Below, in pieces: positions 1 to 7,748 of a DNA stretch of 20,446 nucleotides. Where the stretch lies: positions 1 through 20,446 of the forward strand of contig CAWAAX010000002.1 in NCBI GenBank assembly GCA_963780225.1, written 5' to 3'. Each line of letters starts with the position of its first letter. Positions within the stretch are counted from its first letter, which is position 1. Under the pieces are notes generated by a model, which saw only the letters and a program-made list of their open reading frames with translations, did not search any database and was not told where the DNA came from. Source of the DNA: an uncultured bacterium. Its GTDB lineage: Bacteria; Edwardsbacteria; AC1; EtOH8. Both the position numbers and the translations under genes were made by a program.

Positions 1-669
1 CAGCACCTGGTCTATCCCCTGGTTTGCCACCACCCCGCCCATCACCGGCCGGGCGCCGAAGACCGGCAGCCCGTGGATCCGCTGGCCCTTTTTGGCCGGA
101 TCGTCGTCGATGAAGCCCACCGGAAGGCTGCCGTACTCGGGATGGGCCATCAGCTGCCGGGCCGCCATCTCGCCGGCGTCCCCGGCCCCGATGATCAGCA
201 TCCGCTTCCGTTCCACGTTCTTGTACTGGGCCTGGGAGCGGTGCTGCTTCCACATCCTAAGCGAAAGCCTTAAGCCCCCGATCAGCATGATGTCTCCCAG
301 CAGTTCTATCAGCACCACGCTGCGGGAGTAGCTTATCCAGCCCGGCATCGCGAACCTGGTGGTGGCATAGGCCGCCACCGAGCCGATGGCCACCGCCTTC
401 ACGATCTGCACCAGGTCGTTCACCCCGGCGTACTGCCAGGCCCCGCGGTAGATCCCGAAGTAGGCCAGAAAGGCCAGCTTGATGGCCAGCATCAGGGGCA
501 GTATCCGCAGGAACATCGGGGCATAGTATTCCGGAACGGCGAAGTCGAACCGGAATTGGATGGCCGCGTACAGCGAGAGGGTCATGATCAGAATGTCGCC
601 GCTTAAAAAATACAGCGGGCGCTTGGTGTGCTGCGGCCAGTAGGTCTTGACGGATGGCGGTTTGATCAA
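1..669 (-). CDS. CapD/PglF/WbpM-like membrane-anchored UDP-GlcNAc 4,6-dehydratase (polysaccharide biosynthesis protein), N-terminal part; continues beyond the window
   Basis: Own translation (not in ORF track): TTG start at 669 overlapping the upstream TGA, with AGGAG upstream. Reads MIKPPSVKTYWPQHTKRPLYFLSGDILIMTLSLYAAIQFRFDF...FGIYRGAWQYAGVNDLVQIVKA...RMLIIGAGDAGEMAARQL...VGFIDDDPAKKGQRIHGLPVFG...GIDQVL: hydrophobic segments followed by the typical GAGxAG / GFIDDD domain. The catalytic domain lies outside the window. Confidence 0.85.
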   Translation of the reverse strand, partial: MIKPPSVKTYWPQHTKRPLYFLSGDILIMTLSLYAAIQFRFDFAVPEYYAPMFLRILPLMLAIKLAFLAYFGIYRGAWQYAGVNDLVQIVKAVAIGSVAAYATTRFAMPGWISYSRSVVLIELLGDIMLIGGLRLSLRMWKQHRSQAQYKNVERKRMLIIGAGDAGEMAARQLMAHPEYGSLPVGFIDDDPAKKGQRIHGLPVFGARPVMGGVVANQGIDQVL

Positions 670-1232
670 TGGCTGACTCCTTCTTTGGTGATCACCTTTT
701 GCAGGGTCATGAACAGTATCTTCAGGTCGAACCTGACGCTCCGTTTTTCCAGGTATTCCCGGTCGAACCTGACCTTGTCCGGGATGGTCAGCCCGTCCCG
801 TCCGTTCACCTGGGCCCAGCCGGTCAGACCCGGAGTCAGTTTATGGATCCCCCAGGCGGTGCGCATTTCGGTCAGGTCGTTCTGGTTGAACAGGGCCGGC
901 CGCGGCCCGACCATGCTCATCTGGCCCTTTAAAATGTTGAACAGCTGTGGCAGCTCGTCCAGGCTGGTCCGGCGCAATAATTCCCCGCCGGGGGCCAGGT
1001 ATCTCTCGGGCTTTTCCAGCAGATGGGTGGCCACCGCCGGGGTGCCGGTGCGCATGGTCCGGAATTTGTACATTTTGAAGGTCCGGTTGTCCCGGCCGAT
1101 CCGCTCCGAGACGTAGAACACCGGGCCGGGCGAGCCCAGCTTGACCATCAGGCCTAAAAGCAGCATCGGCAGGGCCAGCAGCGCCAGGGCCGCCGCCGAG
1201 AACAGCAGGTCGAAAAGCCGCTTACCGGCCAT
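666..1232 (-). CDS. Undecaprenyl-phosphate phosphoglycosyl transferase (PglC/WbaP C-terminal 'bacterial sugar transferase' family)
   Basis: Motifs KRLFD, GPVFY..ERIG, KFRTM, LRRTSLDELPQLFNILKGQMSMVGPRP, PGLTGWAQVNGR. ATG at 1232 chosen because AAGGAG lies 8 nt upstream (track start 1238 is TTG). Confidence 0.93.
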   Translation of the reverse strand: MAGKRLFDLLFSAAALALLALPMLLLGLMVKLGSPGPVFYVSERIGRDNRTFKMYKFRTMRTGTPAVATHLLEKPERYLAPGGELLRRTSLDELPQLFNILKGQMSMVGPRPALFNQNDLTEMRTAWGIHKLTPGLTGWAQVNGRDGLTIPDKVRFDREYLEKRSVRFDLKILFMTLQKVITKEGVSH

Positions 1233-2193
1233 GGCCAAAGCTCCTTAGATAATCGGAAACCATCAGCTCTATCCCCTGGCGGACTTTTTGGGGGGGCGTC
1301 CACCCCATAGTGTTTCTGAATTTCGAACTGTCGATCTCCAGTGATCCGGTCAAACGGTCGATGTCCGGCTTCAGCCGGGGCGCCAGCCTGGCCGCCAGCC
1401 GCAACAATCCTGACGGGCAGGAGATCAAACGGCCTTTTTTGCCCATGGCGGCCGCCATCATTTTTGCCAGATCGGTGGTGGAAAAGTCCTCTCCGTCGCT
1501 GACCGCGAAGGTTTGGCCCAGGGCCTCCTCCCTGGTGGCGGCCAGGATCAGGACGTCAACCAGGTTGTCCAGGGAGATCAGGCTCCGCCGGTTGTTGATA
1601 TTACCCAGGGGAGCGGGCAGATCATGCTTGATGGCCTGCATCATCCTCAGCAGGTTGCCCTTGACGCCGGGTCCGTAAACCAGGGGCGACCGGATGATCA
1701 CGGCCTTAAGGCCCGAAGAAGCCGAAACCTCCCGCAGGGCTTCCTCGGCCTCCGCCTTGGAGACGGCATAGGCATCCCGGGGGTCATAAGGGTCCGCCTC
1801 GCTGAACGGTTTTTCCAGGGTTTGCTCCCCATTGACCTTGATGGTGCTCAGGAACACCAGCCGTTTTATCCCGGCCCGGCCGGCCTGAAGGGCCAGATTC
1901 TTGGTGCCCTCGGCGTTGATCCTTCTGAACTGGGAAATGGCGTGGCGGCCGGACCGGCTCATGACATGGACCCTGGCCGCCAGATGGATGATAACATCGA
2001 TGTCCCGGAGGTACTTGGTCCAGTCGGTCAAAGCCCAAATGTTGTCGATGAATGTTTTTTCGACGGTCTCCGGGAAAACGGCCTTGGTTGCCCCGGGCCC
2101 GCTGACGGCCCTGACCAAATGGCCCCTTTCCGCCAGGGCCGGGCACAGCCGGCGGCCCACGAAGCCGTTGGCGCCGGTCACCAACACTCTCAT
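1222..2193 (-). CDS. NAD-dependent epimerase/dehydratase (extended SDR), WbpV-like UDP-4-keto-6-deoxy-HexNAc reductase or 4-epimerase
   Basis: TGANGFVG nucleotide-binding motif, HLAARVHVM, STIKVNGE, YAVSK (YxxxK), PLVYGPGVKGN, NRRSLISLDNL; located next to the PGT and dehydratase genes. Confidence 0.88.
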   Translation of the reverse strand: MRVLVTGANGFVGRRLCPALAERGHLVRAVSGPGATKAVFPETVEKTFIDNIWALTDWTKYLRDIDVIIHLAARVHVMSRSGRHAISQFRRINAEGTKNLALQAGRAGIKRLVFLSTIKVNGEQTLEKPFSEADPYDPRDAYAVSKAEAEEALREVSASSGLKAVIIRSPLVYGPGVKGNLLRMMQAIKHDLPAPLGNINNRRSLISLDNLVDVLILAATREEALGQTFAVSDGEDFSTTDLAKMMAAAMGKKGRLISCPSGLLRLAARLAPRLKPDIDRLTGSLEIDSSKFRNTMGWTPPQKVRQGIELMVSDYLRSFGHGR

Positions 2194-2945
2194 TTCGGCC
2201 TCCGGAACATCTGTCCGACCTTGGTCAGGTATTTGGAGTATATCTTGAAAATATTAGTGGGGATGCCGTTTTCGCGGCAAGCCCTTAAGATCTCATTGTT
2301 CAGGATCAGATTGCTCTTAACATTCCTGGTGCTCATTCCGCCCACCCGCATCTTCACCAGCACCCCGGGAAGGTAATGATAGGACCTGCCGTATTTCCAG
2401 AGAAACCTGGCCACCAGATCGAAGTCTGCCCCGATCCTATAGTCCGTCTTGAATGTCCCGTACTTGTCGTAGCATTCCTTTTTTACGAAAAAGGCGGGGT
2501 GGGGCGGCATCCAGCCGCAGGCAAAACGGTTGACCGTAAAACCATCGGCCGGATAATACATGGTTATCCTGTCGGTGTCGTTCCGCCTCACCTGGACCAG
2601 GTCGCCGAACACGCAATCGGTATTTTCCTTCCGGAATGCCTCCGCGACCCTTGAGATGACACCGCTGTCCTGGTACAGGTCGTCCGAGTTCAGTATTCCC
2701 ACGATATCCCCTGTGGACAGCGCTATTCCCTTGTTGATGGCGTCATACATGCCGTCATCCGGCTCGGATATGACCCTGGCGATCCTGGCGCGGTACCTGC
2801 CGATGATGTCCAGTGTCCCGTCGGTCGACCCGCCGTCCACCACTATGTATTCAATGTCCGGATGGGTCTGCGACAAAACGGAACGGATGGTGTCTTCGAT
2901 GGTCCCGGCGGAATTATAGGCCACGGTGATGATGGTGATCTTCAT
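2190..2945 (-). CDS. Glycosyltransferase family 2 (WcaE/WfgS-like)
   Basis: KITIITVAYNS, EYIVVDGGSTDGT, SEPDDGMYDAINKG, GILNSDD, MPPHPAFF. Confidence 0.92.
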   Translation of the reverse strand: MKITIITVAYNSAGTIEDTIRSVLSQTHPDIEYIVVDGGSTDGTLDIIGRYRARIARVISEPDDGMYDAINKGIALSTGDIVGILNSDDLYQDSGVISRVAEAFRKENTDCVFGDLVQVRRNDTDRITMYYPADGFTVNRFACGWMPPHPAFFVKKECYDKYGTFKTDYRIGADFDLVARFLWKYGRSYHYLPGVLVKMRVGGMSTRNVKSNLILNNEILRACRENGIPTNIFKIYSKYLTKVGQMFRRPK

Positions 2946-2965
2946 TTTACTTTGATAAAACTGCT

Positions 2966-3077
2966 TTCACGATTCACAATTCACTTTTCACAATTCACGG
3001 CATCCCGTGCTCATTGTCCAGCATCCAGTATTCTATCTCCAGTATTCAGTATTCAGTATTCAGTCTCCAGCCTCCCG
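2966..3077. repeat. 7-bp-periodic degenerate tandem repeat tract with two sub-arrays: (TTCACnn)x5 and (nnTYCAG)x~8
   Basis: TTCAC at 2966, 2973, 2980, 2987, 2994. Then TGTCCAG CATCCAG TATTCTA TCTCCAG TATTCAG TATTCAG TATTCAG TCTCCAG (3015-3070) and CCTCCCG. Overlaps the ligase stop codon. Confidence 0.9.
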
Positions 3078-4265
3078 CCCGCCCCCGCGTTCAAAGCGGT
3101 CCAGCGCCATCAGCAGTCCCACCAGGAACCAGACGATGGTCACCACCTCCGAGTCGCTGAAATTCCATTCCGCCAGGCCGTTGACCTGAAAACCGACCAG
3201 GGCCGCCGCGATCCCCCCGGCAAAAACAGCGGTCAGGCGGGTCTGGGACCTCATCAGTTTTGCCGCCAGGATAAAGACCGACAACCACATGAAGATAAAG
3301 GCGGCCAGTCCGGTGAAGCCGCGGGTGGCGGTTATTTGGACGAAATTGTTGTGCAGGTGCCCGGCCATGGGAGCATTGTTCCACAGCCAGTCGTCGGACG
3401 GCACCCGTTTGGCTTTCAGCAGTTCCCCCAGATCTATCAGCCCCGTGCCCAGCACCGGCCGCTCCTTGACCAGATCCCATCCCATCCGCCAAATACTCAG
3501 CCTTAAATTCCAGGAAACAGACTTGTCGACGTTGAATATTTTGGATGACAGGCGGGGGTTGTTGACGCTGTAAAAAATCCCGGTTAAGAGCAGGCCAAAA
3601 AGCAAATATATCGCCGTCCGTTTCCACCACGACCGGATCAACACGGGAAAACCCGCCATGAATCCGGCCCAGGAGCTGATGGTCTTGGTGCAGGCCAGGC
3701 TGGCCACCAGCAGGACCGCCGCGACCACTAACTCCGCCCGGCCCCTTTTACCAGGGAGTTGCGCCTGCTGCCGGTGCCAGGCCAGGGACAGCAGCCCGGC
3801 CATCATGAACATCCCGCCGGAGGTCAGGGCCATCCCCTGGGCGGCCAGCAGCCGCGGCTGGTATCCGAATCCGAACATCACCAGACCGTAGACCCCGGTC
3901 AGGGCCGTGATCAAAAGGAAGAGCTTTGCCAGGTCCATCAGCCTGGCCGGTGTTTTGACGTTGAAACCCACGAAGTAAACCGCCGTCAGCAGGTAGAACT
4001 TTTTTAAGCCAATAAAACTTTCCATCGGGTTCAGCGAAAATACTGTGGAAAGGAGGGCCGACAGCAGGAACAGCGCAAAGCCCGGGTCCAGCGGGGTTTT
4101 AAAACCGTTCCACCGCTTTTCCATCAGGCACTTCAGCAACCAGGCCACCCAGCCCACGAAGAGCGAGCTCTGGGTGAAGGCTATGGACACCGGCAGCGAG
4201 GCCACGAAGCCCACCAGCGACAGTTCGACCGTCCGGTCCAGGATCATTATGGCGCGGTTCTTCAT
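3060..4265 (-). CDS. O-antigen ligase family membrane protein (WaaL / O-oligosaccharyltransferase, Wzy_C domain)
   Basis: Many hydrophobic segments and a loop with RLSIWRMGWDLVKERPVLGTG...GHLHNNFVQITATRGFTG, the conserved R..IW and HxHN signature. Confidence 0.87.
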   Translation of the reverse strand: MKNRAIMILDRTVELSLVGFVASLPVSIAFTQSSLFVGWVAWLLKCLMEKRWNGFKTPLDPGFALFLLSALLSTVFSLNPMESFIGLKKFYLLTAVYFVGFNVKTPARLMDLAKLFLLITALTGVYGLVMFGFGYQPRLLAAQGMALTSGGMFMMAGLLSLAWHRQQAQLPGKRGRAELVVAAVLLVASLACTKTISSWAGFMAGFPVLIRSWWKRTAIYLLFGLLLTGIFYSVNNPRLSSKIFNVDKSVSWNLRLSIWRMGWDLVKERPVLGTGLIDLGELLKAKRVPSDDWLWNNAPMAGHLHNNFVQITATRGFTGLAAFIFMWLSVFILAAKLMRSQTRLTAVFAGGIAAALVGFQVNGLAEWNFSDSEVVTIVWFLVGLLMALDRFERGGGREAGD

Positions 4266-4284
4266 TTACCGTCAAAGTTTCTAT

Positions 4285-4303
4285 CCGCAGATTATCGCAG
4301 ATT
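4285..4303. repeat. Short tandem CGCAGATT duplication (10-bp period)
   Basis: CCGCAGATT-AT-CGCAGATT, with copies at 4286-4293 and 4296-4303, about 20 nt upstream of the ligase start. Confidence 0.6.
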
Positions 4304-4360
4304 TGTTTTTGATTTATATTGCTATGAGTAGAGCATTAAATTGGGTCAGCGTCTGTCGTT

Positions 4361-4408
4361 GGACTGAGGTCCTCGGTTGAGCTCGGTCTAAGCCCGTTAG
4401 CCGAAGTC
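4361..4408. repeat. REP-like imperfect palindrome/hairpin
   Basis: CCTCGGTTGA (4371-4380) pairs with TTAGCCGAAG (4397-4406) at 9 of 10 positions if G-T is allowed on the + strand. A small GGAC-TGAG-GTCC hairpin lies at 4361-4372. Confidence 0.4.
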
Positions 4409-4425
4409 TTTGGTAAAAAGCTCCT

Positions 4426-5436
4426 CTATCCCTTGTCCGGGTCCTTCAACCTGAATTTGCCGATCTTGGCCCCCAGCCATTTTTTCTCCAGCATTTCCTC
4501 CACTTCGGCCTCGGTGACGGTCCTCAGTTTTTGGACCGCCCTCCTTTTGACGGCCAGCGCCGGAAGCGTGCGGAGCACCAGGTATTTGGCCCGCAAAAAG
4601 GCGCCGGCCCGTCCGACCTTCAAAAAGTACCAGAAGCTTCCCAGCGCGTAGGCCAGGTGCAGCGGCAGGTATTTAGGGAGCAGCCCTTCCGGCATGTTCT
4701 TGATGAAGGTGGCGCTGACATTGCGCTGGCCGTTGTAGACAAAGCTGGTACTGTTGTGGACCTGGGTGAAGGAAACCTTGTGGCGGACCCGGGCGGCCGG
4801 AACATTGATTATCCGGTGGCCTAATAGGCGGGCCCGGAAAGACCAGTCCACGTCCTCGTAGCCATTGAAGTAATCTTCGTCAAAGAAGCCTATCTCCCGG
4901 ATCACGCTTCTCCGGTAGAGGGCCGCGCAGGCTACGGCCACGAAGACATCCTGTGGCTCCTGGCTTTTTCCCTCGGCCGGTTGCCGGTACCACCGCGGGG
5001 AGACCGATCCGGCGATGGTGTAGATCCCCCCGGCGCTCCAGATCAGGTCCGGCCGGTCGTAATATAGTACCATTGAGTCGCAGGCGGCTATGCTCTGATC
5101 GGTAAGGATACACTGATAGAGGGCCTCCAGCCAGCCCGGTTCGGCCTTGGTATCGTTGTTCAGCAGGGCGATGAATTCGCCCCTGGCCAGCTTTAGCCCG
5201 GCATTGTTCCCGGCGCTGAAGCCGGTATTGGTTTTCAGGGCCAGCAGCCTTACCAGGGGGTAATGGCTCCGGACCCATTCCGCCGAACCGTCGGTGGAGC
5301 CATTGTCAACCAAAATGATCTCAAAGTCCTGAAAGGTCTGGTCCTCCAGGGATTGCAGGCACTCCTCCAGCAAGGCCCGGCCGTTCCAGTTGACTATGAT
5401 GATGCTGATCAAGGGTTCGGGCATTATGTCCCTCAT
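4426..5436 (-). CDS. Glycosyltransferase family 2 (WbbL-like, possible rhamnosyltransferase)
   Basis: SIIIVNWNG, ILVDNGSTDGS, NTGFSAGNNAG, ALLNND, GFFDEDYFNGYEDVDWSFRA. GGAG upstream of ATG 5436; alternative start 5424-5427 region (MPEP). Confidence 0.92.
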   Translation of the reverse strand: MRDIMPEPLISIIIVNWNGRALLEECLQSLEDQTFQDFEIILVDNGSTDGSAEWVRSHYPLVRLLALKTNTGFSAGNNAGLKLARGEFIALLNNDTKAEPGWLEALYQCILTDQSIAACDSMVLYYDRPDLIWSAGGIYTIAGSVSPRWYRQPAEGKSQEPQDVFVAVACAALYRRSVIREIGFFDEDYFNGYEDVDWSFRARLLGHRIINVPAARVRHKVSFTQVHNSTSFVYNGQRNVSATFIKNMPEGLLPKYLPLHLAYALGSFWYFLKVGRAGAFLRAKYLVLRTLPALAVKRRAVQKLRTVTEAEVEEMLEKKWLGAKIGKFRLKDPDKG

Positions 5437-5561
5437 GGCGCTGCTCCGGCAGTGGTTCCGCTCCTGCTCCCTCTGGCCGGTTGGCCGGCCTGATGGGATT
5501 TATTAATGCAATTCATCACCGGAGAATTATTCCCGGCAGCAATCGGTCGTTTCATGGGATC

Positions 5562-6419
5562 CTAACGGTTGGCGACAATTTCGTTGAGATGCCGGATGGT
5601 CAGGCGGCTCAGTTGCCGTTCTCCTGACAGATACTGTCTGCCGGCCCTGACGGCCAGGTTCAGCAAGTGGTACTTGAAAATGCTGCGCTTCAGGCAGGCC
5701 CGATAGAACAATGTCTCGGCCTCAAGGATGGACCGGTACCGCTCCGGCGGCACTGAACCCGATCGGTGCCAGATCGAAAGGTCATGGTTGATCACTGCCT
5801 TTGATAGGCATATTTTTTTGCCGCGCCGGTTTATCTCGGCGAACAACCAATGATCGAGATAGTCCAGCCTGAATTGTTCATTGAAACCGCCAATCTCCGA
5901 TAGGAATGTCTTCCGCAGCAGGGCCCCGGAATTAATGGCCGTGACCGGGCCGGGGCAGATCCCCGGCACCGGGCGGCGGATCGGCTTTACCCCGCCCCAC
6001 CACTGCAGAAGGGCCGGCGACAGGGGCCTGCCGTCATGAACCGCCTCTGGCACTATGGCCGCCACCTCGCCAGACCGGCCGGCCTCCGACAAGGCTTGGG
6101 CCGTCAGGAAGATAAAATTTGCCGGGAGATCCGAGTCCTGGTCAAGCAGCAGCAGCCATTGATACTGGCCGCCGGGGTCCGATCCCAACGCGAAGTTGTA
6201 GGCCGCGGCCAGCCCGCCGTTGGCGGCATCGTGGACGTATTGATGTTCAAAAGGCGGCAGCACCGGCATCGGCTGGGATTCCGGACTATTGTCATAGACG
6301 ATCAGTTTCAGGCCCAGTCCCTTCACGGGGCTTTGCTCCCAGGAGCGCGCCAGGGAGACGATGGCGGGGGACTGGTCCGGCCGGCATTGATGCAAGACCG
6401 CCACGGCGATTATTTTCAT
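5562..6419 (-). CDS. Glycosyltransferase family 2 (RfbF/rhamnosyltransferase-like)
   Basis: IVYDNS, NGGLAAAYNFAL, WLLLLDQDS, INSGALL, IGGFNEQFRLDYLDH. Confidence 0.88.
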   Translation of the reverse strand: MKIIAVAVLHQCRPDQSPAIVSLARSWEQSPVKGLGLKLIVYDNSPESQPMPVLPPFEHQYVHDAANGGLAAAYNFALGSDPGGQYQWLLLLDQDSDLPANFIFLTAQALSEAGRSGEVAAIVPEAVHDGRPLSPALLQWWGGVKPIRRPVPGICPGPVTAINSGALLRKTFLSEIGGFNEQFRLDYLDHWLFAEINRRGKKICLSKAVINHDLSIWHRSGSVPPERYRSILEAETLFYRACLKRSIFKYHLLNLAVRAGRQYLSGERQLSRLTIRHLNEIVANR

Positions 6420-6468
6420 CCTCTGCCCTTTGCTAATGCCAACATCCTTTTCCCGTCAATTTACCCAT

Positions 6469-7590
6469 TTATAATAAGTTTTGGTAAGCAGCATGGGTCT
6501 GTTCCGCCGTAATATCCCAGTTATATTTTGTCAGGACATAATTTTGTATTTCATTCATGTCGCGTTTTTTATTTATCTCGGCATGTATGGATTCCCGGAT
6601 GGAAACCGGGTCAAGCGGGTCCATGGTCGTGGATATATTGCCAAAATAAGTGGCTACGGGACAATACTTGCTGTCTGAAACGACTATTTTACATTTATTG
6701 GCCAAGGCCTCCAAGCTTACCAGGCCGGTTGTCTCGGCCAGCGAGGGCAGCGCGTGCAACAAAGCCTGGCGGTAATATTTGTTCAGTATTGCATGGTCGA
6801 CATGATCTATGAAATATACGTTTCCTCTTTTTAGGCCTGCTGCTTTTACTTTATTGAAATATTTTCTGTTATATGTTTGGCTGCCAATGAACAAAATAGG
6901 CGTCTGTTTAACATTTTCCAAGGCTTTGATCAATAACAGCTGGTTTTTTCCGGGTTCAATCCTGGCCACTTCCAAAATATAATTCCCCGGCAGGTCATTA
7001 ACAATATGGTCATCTTTGACATCTTCGCAGGGATTTACCGCATTAAATATTATTTTCGACTTTTCTGATATCTCCCTGTGATCAATACCGGACAGGGCCG
7101 CCAATTGCACCGTCTCCTCCCGTGAGTTTGGCAAAATCACATCAACGCTATTTAACGCATATTTCAGATAATGTTTTTTTTCTTCGGTAAAGTCAAACGG
7201 CCTGTTTTTAAGCGTTTTTGCCAAAAGAACCAATAAATATTTTGTTATTTCTATTTTACGGCGAGAAGGATAATATATATTGAATCTTACCAGCCAATCA
7301 TAGGCCCGGGCATCCCGATAATCCCAGGTTATGGAGGACAGCGCTGTTTTAATGTTTTCTTTTTTGCATTTTTCCACAAAACTTAACGTTTCGTATCTCG
7401 ATGAAAGGTTAAATATGTGGCACAAGGAAAACCGTTGGTCGATCAACTCGGCTTTGGTAACAACCGATATTTCATAATCATATTTTTTCTCTAAGTGCTC
7501 TTTTGTTTTGAGTAATTGGACAACATCACCCCCGGGTCTGGATAAATAATTATCTCTTATGCAAAATGCTATTTTAACTTTACTGTCCAT
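6469..7590 (-). CDS. Glycosyltransferase family 4 (GT-B fold), AT-rich gene
   Basis: N-terminal PGGDVVQ, ILPNSREE, VARIEPGKNQ, HALPSLAETTGLVSLEA (Ex7E motif), C-terminal YNW. Confidence 0.9.
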   Translation of the reverse strand: MDSKVKIAFCIRDNYLSRPGGDVVQLLKTKEHLEKKYDYEISVVTKAELIDQRFSLCHIFNLSSRYETLSFVEKCKKENIKTALSSITWDYRDARAYDWLVRFNIYYPSRRKIEITKYLLVLLAKTLKNRPFDFTEEKKHYLKYALNSVDVILPNSREETVQLAALSGIDHREISEKSKIIFNAVNPCEDVKDDHIVNDLPGNYILEVARIEPGKNQLLLIKALENVKQTPILFIGSQTYNRKYFNKVKAAGLKRGNVYFIDHVDHAILNKYYRQALLHALPSLAETTGLVSLEALANKCKIVVSDSKYCPVATYFGNISTTMDPLDPVSIRESIHAEINKKRDMNEIQNYVLTKYNWDITAEQTHAAYQNLL

Positions 7591-7612
7591 AATTAATTCT
7601 CTATGATAGTTT

Positions 7613-7676
7613 CCTGCCGATGAAGGCCCGGCTGCATGCCTACGGCGTATTTTACCGCTCCTTTTGCATCGGCAGG
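7613..7676. repeat. Perfect 10-bp inverted repeat with a 44-nt structured spacer
   Basis: CCTGCCGATG (7613-7622) and CATCGGCAGG (7667-7676) in the fcl-GT4 spacer. Confidence 0.7.
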
Positions 7677-7748
7677 CGGTCTTCCCGGATGATCCTGATC
7701 GTATGCTTTGGTGAAGGTTCCTCTCCCGTAAATATTCGCCGTTCCGCC

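Noticed and set aside
2966..3077. Repeat tract as a CRISPR array or as the coding ORF 3007-3189
   Set aside because: Units are 7 bp with no unique spacers and no cas genes are present. The YSVFSIQ-type peptide is simply the translated repeat.
7640..7665. GAGCGGTAAAAT on the - strand as an ops/JUMPstart element
   Set aside because: It deviates from the GGCGGTAG consensus, lies mid-operon and lacks the JUMPstart context.
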